NCBI GenBank assembly: GCA_965249485.1
Contig: OZ252239.1
Coordinates: 3,360,001 to 3,424,000 of the forward strand
Reading direction: 5' to 3'
DNA from: a bacterium
GTDB taxonomy: Bacteria > SM23-31
DNA length: 64,000 bases
In this document: positions 34,459 through 45,224 of the stretch, piece by piece
Layout: each line of letters opens with the position of its first letter
Position numbering within the stretch: the stretch's first letter is position 1
The notes under the pieces: generated by a model
What the model was told of the DNA's origin: nothing
Database searches by the model: none
What the model saw: only the letters and a program-made list of their open reading frames with translations
Made by a program: the position numbers and the translations under genes

Positions 34459-36662
34459 TAAACTTTTATACTCTCCTGACCAGAATCTCTTATGAACAAG
34501 CATGATCCGTCTATAGTAGTAACAATTTTCTGAAGATGCTTCAGACTTATTTCTTGACTTAATCCAAAAATATTTATATCTGCATTTGGCGTTTCCACAA
34601 GTGCTTTTTTAAAATCCCCGACTATTACCTCTTTTTCAGTGTCTGAAGGCATTCTCGATTCGGTTATTATCTTGTTAATGAACGCGTTTGCTTTTCTCTT
34701 GTCATTCTCATCCTCAATTACAGTAATCAATTTTATGTCGGCGTCCCAATTTTTCTCTAATTGTAGTGATATCAGGAGAGACAGATTTATATTGGGGCCT
34801 CCCAAAGTGAGCCAGACATTAATTTTCTCTCTCTGGCCGAACGCCTCCTTAGGGTGCAGAGACAATATTATCAGACCGAGATTGTCTCTATGTGCAACTG
34901 CAATTATGTCAGACATTTTTTCATATTTTTTGGGATCACTACTCAGTGTTAAGAATATGATATTTGGCGGGAAAAACATCCCTTTCATTGCGCGGCTCAT
35001 AAAATTTACGCCTTCGATAAATTCATGAGCTTCAAATGTAAACGCCGTGGCAAATATCCCCGAATTTTTTATCGGTACAATTAATTCATTGAGTTGTTTT
35101 TCAGTTTTTTCAAATTCACTCAACTCAGTTTCATGTGCTTCATTCTTGCTATTTTTCTCAATCTCCTCTTTTTTAATTCTTCTGGCTTTTATTTGGTGTT
35201 TAATGTTTACAACTGCAAACACTTTCAATGTTCCATGTGGAAAAACGATATCCTTCACAAATTCGATAACGTAGATCCATTTTGTCGGATTCCCTATAGG
35301 AATAAGGAGGTTCGGTTTCCACGATTTCGCATGCTGTGGCAATCTGGCTGCAACCATTGCCGCCCATTCGGCGATAGAACTGAAAAGACCCCTCCGAACA
35401 TCTCCCCAGGGTGCCTGAACTCCTCGTTTTACCTGGATTATATAAATTATCAGAATTAATAGTGTGGCAATTGAAGCGAAAACAGCGTTTATCAGCAGCA
35501 TTATTATCAGACACCATACCGCGCCTATGAGCGGGATAATAATAGGGATCTTAAAGCTCGGTCTGAAGGACGGAATGCCGATCCCCTGTTGAATAACGAC
35601 TACAAGGTTGACCATCCCATAGGTAATCAGGAAGAACATCGTCAATAAAGGAGCTATAGTGTTGAGGTCTGTCAAAACTATGCTAATCTCGATAAGCGCA
35701 ATAGTAAAAAACAGGGAGATCAATGGTTCACCGTTCTTGTACTTTCGGGCGAAATACAAGGAATAAGGTAAAACTTTGTCCTGTCCAAGTGCCATTAAAG
35801 TCCGTGGTGCCGCTATAATGCTGCCAAGTGCGGAAGAGAGCGTGGCACCAAGTATGCCTGCTAGAACAAGAGTTTTCCAACGGGATATTTCAGTCATTAT
35901 TGTATAGTTTTCTATCAGTTGTCCGGCATTTGCTGAATAATCTAACCAGAAGGCGACAAGAATGTATATAACGGTCGATACTACTATTGCAGAAAGAACG
36001 CCAATGGGGAGGCTCCTTTGCGGATCTTTTAAGTCGCCGGACATTGCGGCGCCTGTCGCTATTCCGGTAACGGCAGGGAAAAATATCGCGAATACTACCC
36101 AGAACGGCGCCTTTTCGAAATCCCCCCATAACACAACCTGCCCTGATTCATTCCCGGTACCGAAAAAGAATGAAAACAGAGACAACCCGATAACCAGCAT
36201 GATTAAATATTGCACTTTCATAGCGTAATGAGCACCGAAGAGTGATATAATCGTCAAAAATGCCAGTACACTACTTGATACTAAATGGGCACTATGTTCA
36301 GGAAATATGGACAGCCAGCCTTCGGTAAATCCGATTATGTACATTGCTGCTCCAAGTCCCTGCGACAAATAAAGTGGAACGCCGATTGCGCTGCCGATTT
36401 CGGCACCAAGAGCACGGGAGATCATTGCATAAGTACCACCGGCACCAATTTTTGTATTTGTCGCTACTGACGATACTGCTAGACCGGTTGTAATACTCAC
36501 TATCTTTGCAAGTATGATTATAAGCAGTGCACCACCAAATCCTGCATTTCCAACAACCCAGCCGAGACGCAAATACATTATAACGCCAAGGATGGTGAGC
36601 AATGTGGGAGTAAAAACCCCTTCAAAGGTACCAAGACGCAGAGAAGCTTTACTTTTTTTCAT
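34458..36662 (-). CDS. cation-chloride cotransporter-like (SLC12) amino acid permease
   Basis: GVFTPTLLTILGVIMYLR, FAIFFPAVTG and WKPN motifs; cytoplasmic C-terminal domain. Confidence 0.9.
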   Translation of the reverse strand: MKKSKASLRLGTFEGVFTPTLLTILGVIMYLRLGWVVGNAGFGGALLIIILAKIVSITTGLAVSSVATNTKIGAGGTYAMISRALGAEIGSAIGVPLYLSQGLGAAMYIIGFTEGWLSIFPEHSAHLVSSSVLAFLTIISLFGAHYAMKVQYLIMLVIGLSLFSFFFGTGNESGQVVLWGDFEKAPFWVVFAIFFPAVTGIATGAAMSGDLKDPQRSLPIGVLSAIVVSTVIYILVAFWLDYSANAGQLIENYTIMTEISRWKTLVLAGILGATLSSALGSIIAAPRTLMALGQDKVLPYSLYFARKYKNGEPLISLFFTIALIEISIVLTDLNTIAPLLTMFFLITYGMVNLVVVIQQGIGIPSFRPSFKIPIIIPLIGAVWCLIIMLLINAVFASIATLLILIIYIIQVKRGVQAPWGDVRRGLFSSIAEWAAMVAARLPQHAKSWKPNLLIPIGNPTKWIYVIEFVKDIVFPHGTLKVFAVVNIKHQIKARRIKKEEIEKNSKNEAHETELSEFEKTEKQLNELIVPIKNSGIFATAFTFEAHEFIEGVNFMSRAMKGMFFPPNIIFLTLSSDPKKYEKMSDIIAVAHRDNLGLIILSLHPKEAFGQREKINVWLTLGGPNINLSLLISLQLEKNWDADIKLITVIEDENDKRKANAFINKIITESRMPSDTEKEVIVGDFKKALVETPNADINIFGLSQEISLKHLQKIVTTIDGSCLFIRDSGQESIKV

Positions 36663-36976
36663 ACTGCTGCTCTATTTAAAGTTGGTATTGATCATAATTA
36701 TACATGTCATATGAATGCGAAATAACGAAATAAAAACTGAAACAATATAAATTAAAACACATCCTTGTCAAAGAAAATTCAATATTTGTTAATGAAAAAA
36801 TGAAGTAAATATCATCAAGCATGATGTAGGTAAAATACATGATTGAGGAGCAGATAATGCTTGCAAAATTGAAATACATACCGTAAAATCTAACAATTAT
36901 TTCGAATTTGCTCTGATAACATACATGTTTAGTAAATATATCCTGTTATTTCATACTTAATTGGAGGTATATCCAT

Positions 36977-38608
36977 ATGCAAGAAAGTGTTTCCTTCCAA
37001 ATTATCGATTGGTTCGTAATCGGAATATATTTTGCCGTTCTCTTTGGGATAGCCTGGTGGGTTATAAGACAAAAACAGGAAACACCTGAGGATTACTTCC
37101 TTGCAGGTCGGCATATCGGATGGTTTGTAATCGGTGCATCAATCTTCGCATCGAATATTGGATCCGAACATATCGTTGGTCTTGCGGGTACAGCAGCACA
37201 AACAGGTGTTGTGATGGGAAACTATGAGCTTCATTCATGGCTTATTCTGCTTTTAGGATGGGTTTTTGTCCCGTTCTATATGAGGAGCAAAGTGTTCACC
37301 ATGCCGGAATTTTTGGAAATGCGTTATTCGCCAAAAGCACGCTGGATTTTGTCACTGATCATGTTGATCGGGTATGTCCTGACAAAGATTTCGGTCACTG
37401 TATATGCAGGAGCGGTCGTATTTCAAGCACTCATGGGGATCGAATTCTGGACAGGAGCGCTGATAATTGTTCTGCTTACAGGTCTTTATACCGTTCTGGG
37501 AGGGCTTCGAGCTGTCCTCTACACCGAAACATTGCAGACCGTAATATTGATCGCCGGTTCTTTAATTATTACCTTGATCGGTTTAGATCGGATCGGTGGA
37601 TGGAATCATTTGGTATCAATTGTTGGTCCGGAACGTCTGAATTTGTTCCTGCCGGCCGATCATCCGGACTTTCCCTGGACCGGTATGGTTTTCGCTCCTC
37701 CGATAATTGGACTGTGGTACTGGTGTACTGATCAGTATATAGTCCAGAGGACTCTGTCTGCGAAAAGTGAGACTGCTGCCAGACAGGGTACCATTTTTGC
37801 GGCTTATTTAAAACTCCTGCCGTTTTTTATATTTATAATCCCCGGTGTTATAGCATACGCCCTTTCACAGACAGGACAGCTCGAACTTACTAACCCCGAT
37901 CAGGCATTTCCCACACTGGTCAAAACTCTGCTTCCTGCAGGCGTACGGGGCCTTGTTGCCGGAGGTCTCTTAGCGGCACTTATGAGTTCACTTGCCGCGG
38001 TATTCAATTCCTGCTCTACACTTTTCACCATGGACATCTACAAGAAAATCAAGCCAGATTCATCGGAAAAATCTCTTGTTCGCGTCGGGAGAATAGCAAC
38101 CTCAGTCGTTGTTGTGGCAGGAATCGCATGGATACCATTAATGCAGATCATTTCCGGACAATTGTATCATTATCTTCAGAGCGTCCAGGCTTATATTGCT
38201 CCGCCAATTGCGGCAGTTTTTTTGTTCGGACTGTTTTTTAAACGGATAAATTCACACGGTGCACTAACAGCGCTTATCGGTGGCTTTTTGATCGGTATGT
38301 GCCGGCTGATTGCAGAATTGAATAAGGATGCGCTCAGCGGCATTCTGTATGCGTTCGCGACCATCAATTTTCTGCATTTTGCTATATTTCTCTTTCTGGT
38401 ATGCGTTGTTCTTTTGATAGTTGTCAGCCTGTTAACACCTCAACCAGATTATAAAAAAATTGAAGGACTTACGTACGCAACCACTGTTACTGCCGACAAG
38501 GAAGCATCCCGTGCAAGCTGGGGCAAAAGTGAAGTTATAAATACGGTGGTTATTGTAGCATTACTCATACTAATAATAATGTATTTTTCGCCGTTGGTTC
38601 AATCGTAG
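36977..38608 (+). CDS. sodium:solute (sugar) symporter, SSS family
   Basis: DYFLAGR, ASNIGSEH and WYWCTDQYIVQR motifs. Confidence 0.95.
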   Translation: MQESVSFQIIDWFVIGIYFAVLFGIAWWVIRQKQETPEDYFLAGRHIGWFVIGASIFASNIGSEHIVGLAGTAAQTGVVMGNYELHSWLILLLGWVFVPFYMRSKVFTMPEFLEMRYSPKARWILSLIMLIGYVLTKISVTVYAGAVVFQALMGIEFWTGALIIVLLTGLYTVLGGLRAVLYTETLQTVILIAGSLIITLIGLDRIGGWNHLVSIVGPERLNLFLPADHPDFPWTGMVFAPPIIGLWYWCTDQYIVQRTLSAKSETAARQGTIFAAYLKLLPFFIFIIPGVIAYALSQTGQLELTNPDQAFPTLVKTLLPAGVRGLVAGGLLAALMSSLAAVFNSCSTLFTMDIYKKIKPDSSEKSLVRVGRIATSVVVVAGIAWIPLMQIISGQLYHYLQSVQAYIAPPIAAVFLFGLFFKRINSHGALTALIGGFLIGMCRLIAELNKDALSGILYAFATINFLHFAIFLFLVCVVLLIVVSLLTPQPDYKKIEGLTYATTVTADKEASRASWGKSEVINTVVIVALLILIIMYFSPLVQS

Positions 38609-38632
38609 CATAACATTTATTGAGGTGTAATA

Positions 38633-39442
38633 ATGAAATTCATTTTATCTGTAGGGTTTATCCTGTCAGTCTTTTTACTTGTTGATTGCAGTTCTGATAG
38701 CCCGGTAACAAATCCTTTTACCAAACATGTAGAGGTATTTGGCATTCATGTTTATGCCACTGCGGCTTCACCTGATGATAAAGTGCTTCATGCCGCCAAC
38801 GTATTGGCCGAGTATCTTGATAATGACGAAGACGGCGTCCCGGACAACCAGAAAATCGTTGATGCGATGATTATGACGAATGCTACTCAGATTGTAGCAA
38901 AGAACCGGGAAGAATTACGGGCAATTGATAGAAAACTTCTCCCATCCCGGAATTGGCAACAAGTCTATGCTGATAACATCCGTCCAAATGGAGTTGACGG
39001 ACTCTATGACGAGGCACTCGAAGAGGTTTTGCACCTGGTAACTAACTATGGATGGGAAGTTGCCTATCCTTCGGCATTTGGCGGGAAACGAGGGACCGAT
39101 GCAGCGAAGGCTTCGGAAGCGGCAAGAGGGGGATATTTTGAAGAAGTCCCGGAGAAATATCCCGACGATGCATGGCATACCTATTATGATAAAACCTGTG
39201 ATTATGAATGTCAGATTGACGAATATCTTCACTGGGCACTTACCTCCATACTGGGAGGACAGAATTATCCCGGGACATTCGAGCGAGGAAAAGATCAATG
39301 GGATTTGAGAACAAAAGAGCAAGTACAAATCGGCGATTCTGCTATATATGCGCTGCTTACCGATCCGAAGTATAAATTACCGACAGTACTGCCGGATGCC
39401 GAATACCGAGCTTTAAATTTTACGATTCAGAAGTATCCATAA
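38633..39442 (+). CDS. lipoprotein, possible zincin-like fold
   Basis: Lipobox LVDC; EEVLH...C.YEC..DEY. Confidence 0.7.
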   Translation: MKFILSVGFILSVFLLVDCSSDSPVTNPFTKHVEVFGIHVYATAASPDDKVLHAANVLAEYLDNDEDGVPDNQKIVDAMIMTNATQIVAKNREELRAIDRKLLPSRNWQQVYADNIRPNGVDGLYDEALEEVLHLVTNYGWEVAYPSAFGGKRGTDAAKASEAARGGYFEEVPEKYPDDAWHTYYDKTCDYECQIDEYLHWALTSILGGQNYPGTFERGKDQWDLRTKEQVQIGDSAIYALLTDPKYKLPTVLPDAEYRALNFTIQKYP

Positions 39443-39470
39443 AATACTCGGCTGAAACTCAACGTTAAAG

Positions 39471-39535
39471 GCTCGTACATCGTATAGTCCGAGGAACAGA
39501 AAATACTTGTAAAAACCACATATATATCATAATAT
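39471..39535 (+). repeat. att-like repeat + promoter
   Basis: GCTCGTACATCGTATAGTCCGAGGAACAGAAAATACTTGTAA-N17-TAATAT. Confidence 0.75.
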
Positions 39536-39661
39536 CCAATACATTCTGACGAAGTATATCACATCTTAAAAGCGTCATATATCTATATAATCCCAATTTA
39601 ATCTCTTATAGAGTATTAATATTGGGAATATCATACCATATGGAAACAAGGAGAAAAAATC

Positions 39662-40987
39662 ATGAGTATGAAACGGATTGTACTGATATCAGGATTAATA
39701 GCTGTTATTCTTCAGGGGAATGATATTGCCGCTCAAGAAGCCCGGGCGCGTTACGAAACGATGAAACTTATTCGCCAAGAGAAATTCGATCTCGTTCTGC
39801 CGGGAGCCTTGAGAGATAGCGAAGTAGACATGTGGATCCACGTTATGCAGAAAGGCAATCCCGATGCGCTTGAAATGGATCTCGGCGGCAATGCTTCGTA
39901 TAGTGTGGATGACACTCTGGGATTTTTTATTTTTACAGATCGGGGCGGTGACCGTATCGAGCGAGCAGTTCTGGGAGGTCGCGCTGACCGGGATTTATAT
40001 GATATTTTCGGGAAAGAGAATGATATTAGGAAATTCGTCGCAGAGAGAGACCCGAAACGCATAGCGGTCAATATGTCCGATCACATTCCCTCTGCTGATG
40101 GAATGTCCTATAGCGCATACAAACGATTAGTGAAATTTATTGGTGATAAATATACACAGAGGCTGGTATCTGCAGAGAATGTCATTACCCTTTTCCGTGT
40201 AAGAAGAGTTCAAAGTGAAATAGAAGCTTTTGCGAAAATGTGCGAAATACAGAGACTGCTTATGGAGGAGACTTTCAGAAGGATCGTTCCCGGAGTTACC
40301 ACGAGCGAAGAACTCGGCTGGTGGGTTCAGGACCAGTTGCTCCTACGCGGGCTTGATTCAGGAGACAGATCACCATATGGTCCGGTAGCACCGGACAGCA
40401 GAGGAGGAGTTTATGAGCGGGGACTATTTACGTCATGGGATCTTGCAATAAGATATTTGAATTTCGGTACAGATTACAAACGGAATGCCTACATTCTTGG
40501 CGAAGGAGAAACAGATGTTCCTGAAGGGATTCAGCACGCGTGGGAACGTGGGCAGAGGGCGCGTGATATTCTTAAACCGACTTTAAAAGTTGGAATGACT
40601 TCAGGTGAAGCTCTAAAGGTTATGATTCGTGCTCTGGAGGAAGAAGGTTATATCTACAATCTTTCCGACGATAAGGGACTTTACAGAATTAACGTGAATA
40701 AGTTAGGAGATACCGAGCAGTCCGGTTTCACAATTGACTGTCATGCGATGGGTAATACAGGAAACAGTGAAATAAACGAAGGTATGTCTATAGCTGCCTA
40801 CCGTTCAGGTCGTGATCATTATGAAATTCAACAGAACAATCTCTTTTCCTTTGAATTTGTTGTAGATACCTGGGTGCCTGAACTTGGAAGAAGGATGAGT
40901 ATTAATTTCGAAGATAACGCTATAATTACCGAAAAAGGTATCGAATATCTATATCCGGTAAACAAAGAAATTATAATCATTCATTAA
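39662..40987 (+). CDS. secreted M24 family (Xaa-Pro aminopeptidase-like) protein #1
   Basis: Signal peptide; EKFDLVLP, DMWIHV, DPKRIAVN; D-D-H-E-E ligands. Confidence 0.85.
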   Translation: MSMKRIVLISGLIAVILQGNDIAAQEARARYETMKLIRQEKFDLVLPGALRDSEVDMWIHVMQKGNPDALEMDLGGNASYSVDDTLGFFIFTDRGGDRIERAVLGGRADRDLYDIFGKENDIRKFVAERDPKRIAVNMSDHIPSADGMSYSAYKRLVKFIGDKYTQRLVSAENVITLFRVRRVQSEIEAFAKMCEIQRLLMEETFRRIVPGVTTSEELGWWVQDQLLLRGLDSGDRSPYGPVAPDSRGGVYERGLFTSWDLAIRYLNFGTDYKRNAYILGEGETDVPEGIQHAWERGQRARDILKPTLKVGMTSGEALKVMIRALEEEGYIYNLSDDKGLYRINVNKLGDTEQSGFTIDCHAMGNTGNSEINEGMSIAAYRSGRDHYEIQQNNLFSFEFVVDTWVPELGRRMSINFEDNAIITEKGIEYLYPVNKEIIIIH

Positions 40988-41071
40988 TTATTTCTCGTTG
41001 TGCCCAAGGATACTCGGCTTTAATGTTTTAAGAATTGCTCTGTTTACTATAAAGTTGCCTCAAATCTAAAC

Positions 41072-41115
41072 GCTCACAAATTGTACAGCCCGAGGAGCAG
41101 GAAATACTAGTAAAA
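41072..41115 (+). repeat. att-like repeat
   Basis: GCTCACAAATTGTACAGCCCGAGGAGCAGGAAATACTAGTAAAA. Confidence 0.8.
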
Positions 41116-41176
41116 ACTAAATATATCTCTTTGCTTTTAACTTTAAGCGTCCAACTTGATCTAACGGCGTACAGCA

Positions 41177-42073
41177 TTAACCATCTTTTTTAATGTGTTC
41201 TATTATTTCAGCTATTTGTTTATCCGCCGTTTCCGGATCGAGTTGGCATGTACCCGCGCCGCGAAGGCCGCCTCCACCATATTTTTTAAGGAGTAATCCA
41301 ATATTTGTTTTGGAATCTCTCTTAAATATAGAATGTCCAGCCGCACATATAATTTTATGTTTGTCTTTCCCCCAAAATAATCTAATCGAGATATTCCCTT
41401 CCGGGAAAAGTATATATTCATAAAACCGGTTACCCATTGGGATCAACTTCAGATCACGAAAGTCTATCACGATTACATTGTTTTCTAAAGTCGTATATTT
41501 GAGAAGAGCTTCTTTTAATTGGTCTAAATCTGACAAAACATAATCACACCGAAGTTGCACCTCCGGTTGTTTTAGAATCTTTTTCAAAGGATATTTTTTA
41601 ATCCACTCGACCAATTCAAAAAAATAATGTTCAAAATCACCGAGTGACGTCCTGGGGTCGAGGCTCATCATCAACAATATCCACCCTTTGGGATTCGTCA
41701 CATCACTCTTATCCAATTGTGCGCTATCAATTTTATCTACAGCAAGTAAGAAATCTTCGAATTTCTTTAATTTACTGTTATTATAGTACTCATAGACTAA
41801 TCGCGCCGTACTGGGGGCCAATCCGAATTTTCCTTTAAATTTTCCAACCTCAACCTTTTCGTCCCGATTTTCTTCTGATATATGGTGGTCAAACCACAGA
41901 TTACAATCAGGGTGATAAGGTAAATTGCATATTATATCATTTTGCATAACATCAATTTTACTGTCTTGCATATCCTTGGGATGTGCAAAGATGATTGAAT
42001 CAAATTTTTCTGTTATCGATAAGAAAACAGCACATGCCAATCCATCGGCATCACCCCTCGTTATAAGACGCAT
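41177..42073 (-). CDS. DHH family phosphoesterase (exopolyphosphatase/nanoRNase-like)
   Basis: RGDADG, HPKDMQD, FDHH and GGGGLRGAGTC motifs. Confidence 0.88.
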   Translation of the reverse strand: MRLITRGDADGLACAVFLSITEKFDSIIFAHPKDMQDSKIDVMQNDIICNLPYHPDCNLWFDHHISEENRDEKVEVGKFKGKFGLAPSTARLVYEYYNNSKLKKFEDFLLAVDKIDSAQLDKSDVTNPKGWILLMMSLDPRTSLGDFEHYFFELVEWIKKYPLKKILKQPEVQLRCDYVLSDLDQLKEALLKYTTLENNVIVIDFRDLKLIPMGNRFYEYILFPEGNISIRLFWGKDKHKIICAAGHSIFKRDSKTNIGLLLKKYGGGGLRGAGTCQLDPETADKQIAEIIEHIKKDG

Positions 42074-42519
42074 CGTGATCCTCCTAACTAAAATTATTTA
42101 CGTCATTTAACTTTCTTCTGTTTCCTAACTAAAATGCTGGAATTCTCAATGATTTTGCAAAGAATCCAAATTCAATATGCTTATTTCCAATTGTGACATT
42201 TCTTTCAAAAAAACGTATTTACTTAAATTTTGTGCAGTGCTGTTCTTGCTAACATTTTTATCATTATTTTTGACTATTTCAATCTCTTTATTCCATATCC
42301 TTACCACCGTGTACAATTGAAAAAGTGTCATGTATATTCAGCCAATCTAAGTTACATTATACAACATCATACATTAGATTACAAGAAGATTAACGTCATC
42401 TACCTGTTTCATTATAACACGGTGGCGAGACCCACAGAGAGTACTATTGTTTGTATCAGGTAAGAGCATATTAATCCGATCTAAAAATGTAAGGCTAATG
42501 TGTTTTATTAATTTTAAAT

Positions 42520-42585
42520 GATCGCAATTTGTACAGCCCGATGAATTAGAAAAGGCTTGTAAAATCGAACTACACACCTTACTAT
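42520..42585 (+). repeat. att-like repeat + promoter
   Basis: GATCGCAATTTGTACAGCCCGATGAATTAGAAAAGGCTTGTAA-N17-TACTAT. Confidence 0.75.
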
Positions 42586-42848
42586 ATTACATTAGTGTAT
42601 CCATGATCATCTGATGATTTACATTAGTTGTTAGAATGAAGTTGAACAATAACAGAATCCTCATATTCGACGTTCTCCCGGGCTGAGTATATCTATCGGA
42701 ACAATTGTACAGATAAAAGTCCGAACGTTTATAGTTGACAACCACATAAACAATCGGAATGCATTCAATCACTTGGTTTTCCACTCCAAAAACACATCTT
42801 GAAAAGCCATACAATAATTTCTGTTTTTAAATAAATTCAGGAGGAATT

Positions 42849-43547
42849 ATGGAATTCGGAAAGACATTTTTTAGGATCATGGGAATCTGTGCATTCGCAT
42901 CAGCTGTATTTCAATCGATCAGTTGGGTTCTGGCGAAATCTTTTATCTATCCAGCAGATTTCAATGAACACGTAGCAATGATTTCCAATCCGTATTATCC
43001 TGCTCAGATGTATGTCATTCTACTCAGTCTGTTCTTTCATCTTCCGGTCTACTGGGGAATGACGGTTAAAAAGATAAACACTCATGCTTCAATCGTTCTT
43101 ACAGCATTTATTTTAATATTAATTTGGTGGCTTCTTGATATGATAAACCATTCATTACGGCTCTTTTTCATTCATAATGATCTCATCCTCGGATACTTTC
43201 AGGCAACGAACGAAATTACTAAAAGTGTCATTCAGGCTGGATATAAGCATATGGATGGAATCTTCAGAGCCCTTGCGTTCGCTCGCATTCCTTTGATTCT
43301 TGTCGGTACATTCCTTTACTATCTGGCGACATGGCGAGGCAGAGGATTAGAAAAAATTGTAAGTATTTTTTTATTAATAACGTTTATTCATGAGATTTTG
43401 TATTTTATAAACTATAATGTAGGTCTAACCTGGCTATTTGATATTATAGACCCATTTCATGAATTCGTGGCTGTGCCGACGCTCCTTGCTATTGGTGCAT
43501 GGTTGTTTTTCGGTGATACAAAGCCTCAGGAAGAGAAATCCGCATAA
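42849..43547 (+). CDS. hypothetical integral membrane protein
   Basis: About 6 TM helices; AGGAGG RBS. Confidence 0.8.
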   Translation: MEFGKTFFRIMGICAFASAVFQSISWVLAKSFIYPADFNEHVAMISNPYYPAQMYVILLSLFFHLPVYWGMTVKKINTHASIVLTAFILILIWWLLDMINHSLRLFFIHNDLILGYFQATNEITKSVIQAGYKHMDGIFRALAFARIPLILVGTFLYYLATWRGRGLEKIVSIFLLITFIHEILYFINYNVGLTWLFDIIDPFHEFVAVPTLLAIGAWLFFGDTKPQEEKSA

Positions 43548-43634
43548 AAATTTGCCAGATTTGCACATCTTTGAAATCCACATATATTCTCTTTTTGAGA
43601 ATTAATATGGGGAAAATCAGTTTAACCAAGCGAG

Positions 43635-45056
43635 GTGAATGTTATGATGTCTCAAGTAATGATAATTTTAATATCTGTACTGTTTACAGTACCTTTTGCT
43701 GATTGCCAGGCTCAGGAAGTGGGAGACATGACTCCGGTGGAATGGAATAATCAGATTCGCCGGGAAAAGTTTGACCTCGTACTGCCGAAAGTTATGCGGG
43801 AGAACAATATCGACATGTGGATCCATGTGATGAGAGTAGCAGTTCCTGATCGCTTTGGTGCTGAAGACCTGGGCAATACTTCCGGTGTGTTTGTTTTCAC
43901 GGACCGTGGTGGTGACAGAATCGAACGCGCGGTTCTCGGACGTCGCTGGGGAGCTACACAGCGTGAACGGGGAGAGAAGGAGACGTTGATCGAAGAAAGT
44001 GGAGCCTACGACATAATCCACGACCCGGTATTTGTGCAGGAACCGGTGACAGAGCCGTTGACAGAATATGATTACCGATTTAAGGGTCTCAGAGAATTTG
44101 TCGAAGCACGTGACCCCAAACGAATTGCGGTAAATTTTAAGCATGATCTGGGACCGTGGGCGACTTCTAGAGGAGAAACAGACGGCATTTCGCTAACAGA
44201 CTACCTCTTATTGGCTGATGAACTCGGTGAGAACTACACCGACAGATTGGTCTCGTCTGAATACGTAACGGTGGATTTCATTATATATCCTGTGCCAAGC
44301 GAAATCAAACTCCTTAAAATAATGCGTCAGGACGAAATTGAACGTGTAAAGAAAGCTTTTGATGCAATCGTACCGGGTGTAACAAAAAATCGCGATGTGG
44401 GAGTGACTCTCTTTAGCCGGAGGAGCACGGGAATATCCCAAAGGGGATGGAATCCAGGCTATGAAAACATGGTGATCCAGGGAGGCGATATGGTCGCATC
44501 ACCAAGCCAGGGTATGTACGCCTACGTACTTCGCGAAGGAGAAACAAAACCTCCTCCGGAAATTCAAAAAATCTGGGCAGAATATCTGAAAATCGATAAG
44601 ATCCTGGCAGAAACTATTAAAGCGGGTCTTACCTCTCGTGAAATAATTCAAAACTACAAACCGAAATTCGAAGAGGCAGGTATTATTGTCAGGGAACCGC
44701 AAATGCATATGGTTCAGCCAAAGAACAATTTCCCTGTTTATTCAACAGGTTATGATCCTGAAAAAACGCACCTCAGTATCGACGCTCATGGTATGGGAAA
44801 AGGATCACGTAATAGGAAGTACCAGGAAATGCGCGGCCCCAGGATGGGTTCTTATGGTCCGGAATGGACGTATGATATACCACTCCCACCCAATCACCAC
44901 TTTGTTATGGAATATTTTTTCTATATGCCGTCGCCCACATCAAACAAGGACGAAGACCAATATTTATTATTTTGGGATCATGAGCAGGCAATTGCCACCG
45001 AAAGTGGAGTCGAGTATTTTTCTCCACCGCAAAAGGAGCTCTATCTCATTCGTTAA
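43635..45056 (+). CDS. secreted M24-family protein #2
   Basis: EKFDLVLP, DMWIHV, FTDRGGDRIERA; the two-Asp segment is absent. Confidence 0.85.
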   Translation: MNVMMSQVMIILISVLFTVPFADCQAQEVGDMTPVEWNNQIRREKFDLVLPKVMRENNIDMWIHVMRVAVPDRFGAEDLGNTSGVFVFTDRGGDRIERAVLGRRWGATQRERGEKETLIEESGAYDIIHDPVFVQEPVTEPLTEYDYRFKGLREFVEARDPKRIAVNFKHDLGPWATSRGETDGISLTDYLLLADELGENYTDRLVSSEYVTVDFIIYPVPSEIKLLKIMRQDEIERVKKAFDAIVPGVTKNRDVGVTLFSRRSTGISQRGWNPGYENMVIQGGDMVASPSQGMYAYVLREGETKPPPEIQKIWAEYLKIDKILAETIKAGLTSREIIQNYKPKFEEAGIIVREPQMHMVQPKNNFPVYSTGYDPEKTHLSIDAHGMGKGSRNRKYQEMRGPRMGSYGPEWTYDIPLPPNHHFVMEYFFYMPSPTSNKDEDQYLLFWDHEQAIATESGVEYFSPPQKELYLIR

Positions 45057-45058
45057 TG

Positions 45059-45089
45059 GTTCGCCAATCGTATAGCCAGAGGAGCAGAA
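45059..45089 (+). repeat. att-like repeat
   Basis: GTTCGCCAATCGTATAGCCAGAGGAGCAGAA, 2 bp after a stop codon. Confidence 0.8.
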
Positions 45090-45224
45090 TGCAATTGGTT
45101 AAAAAACACTGAAGAATTTTCTTCACGGAATTCCTTTATCAACTAATTATAAAATTGTAAGAAGAATCTAGGAACAATATTATAGAATTGGTTTATTAAA
45201 CAATTTGGTTACGTAAGAGAAGGT

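Noticed and set aside
42673..42685. Minus-strand CAGCCCGGGAG resembling the repeat core
   Set aside because: Flanking consensus is absent; too short to call.
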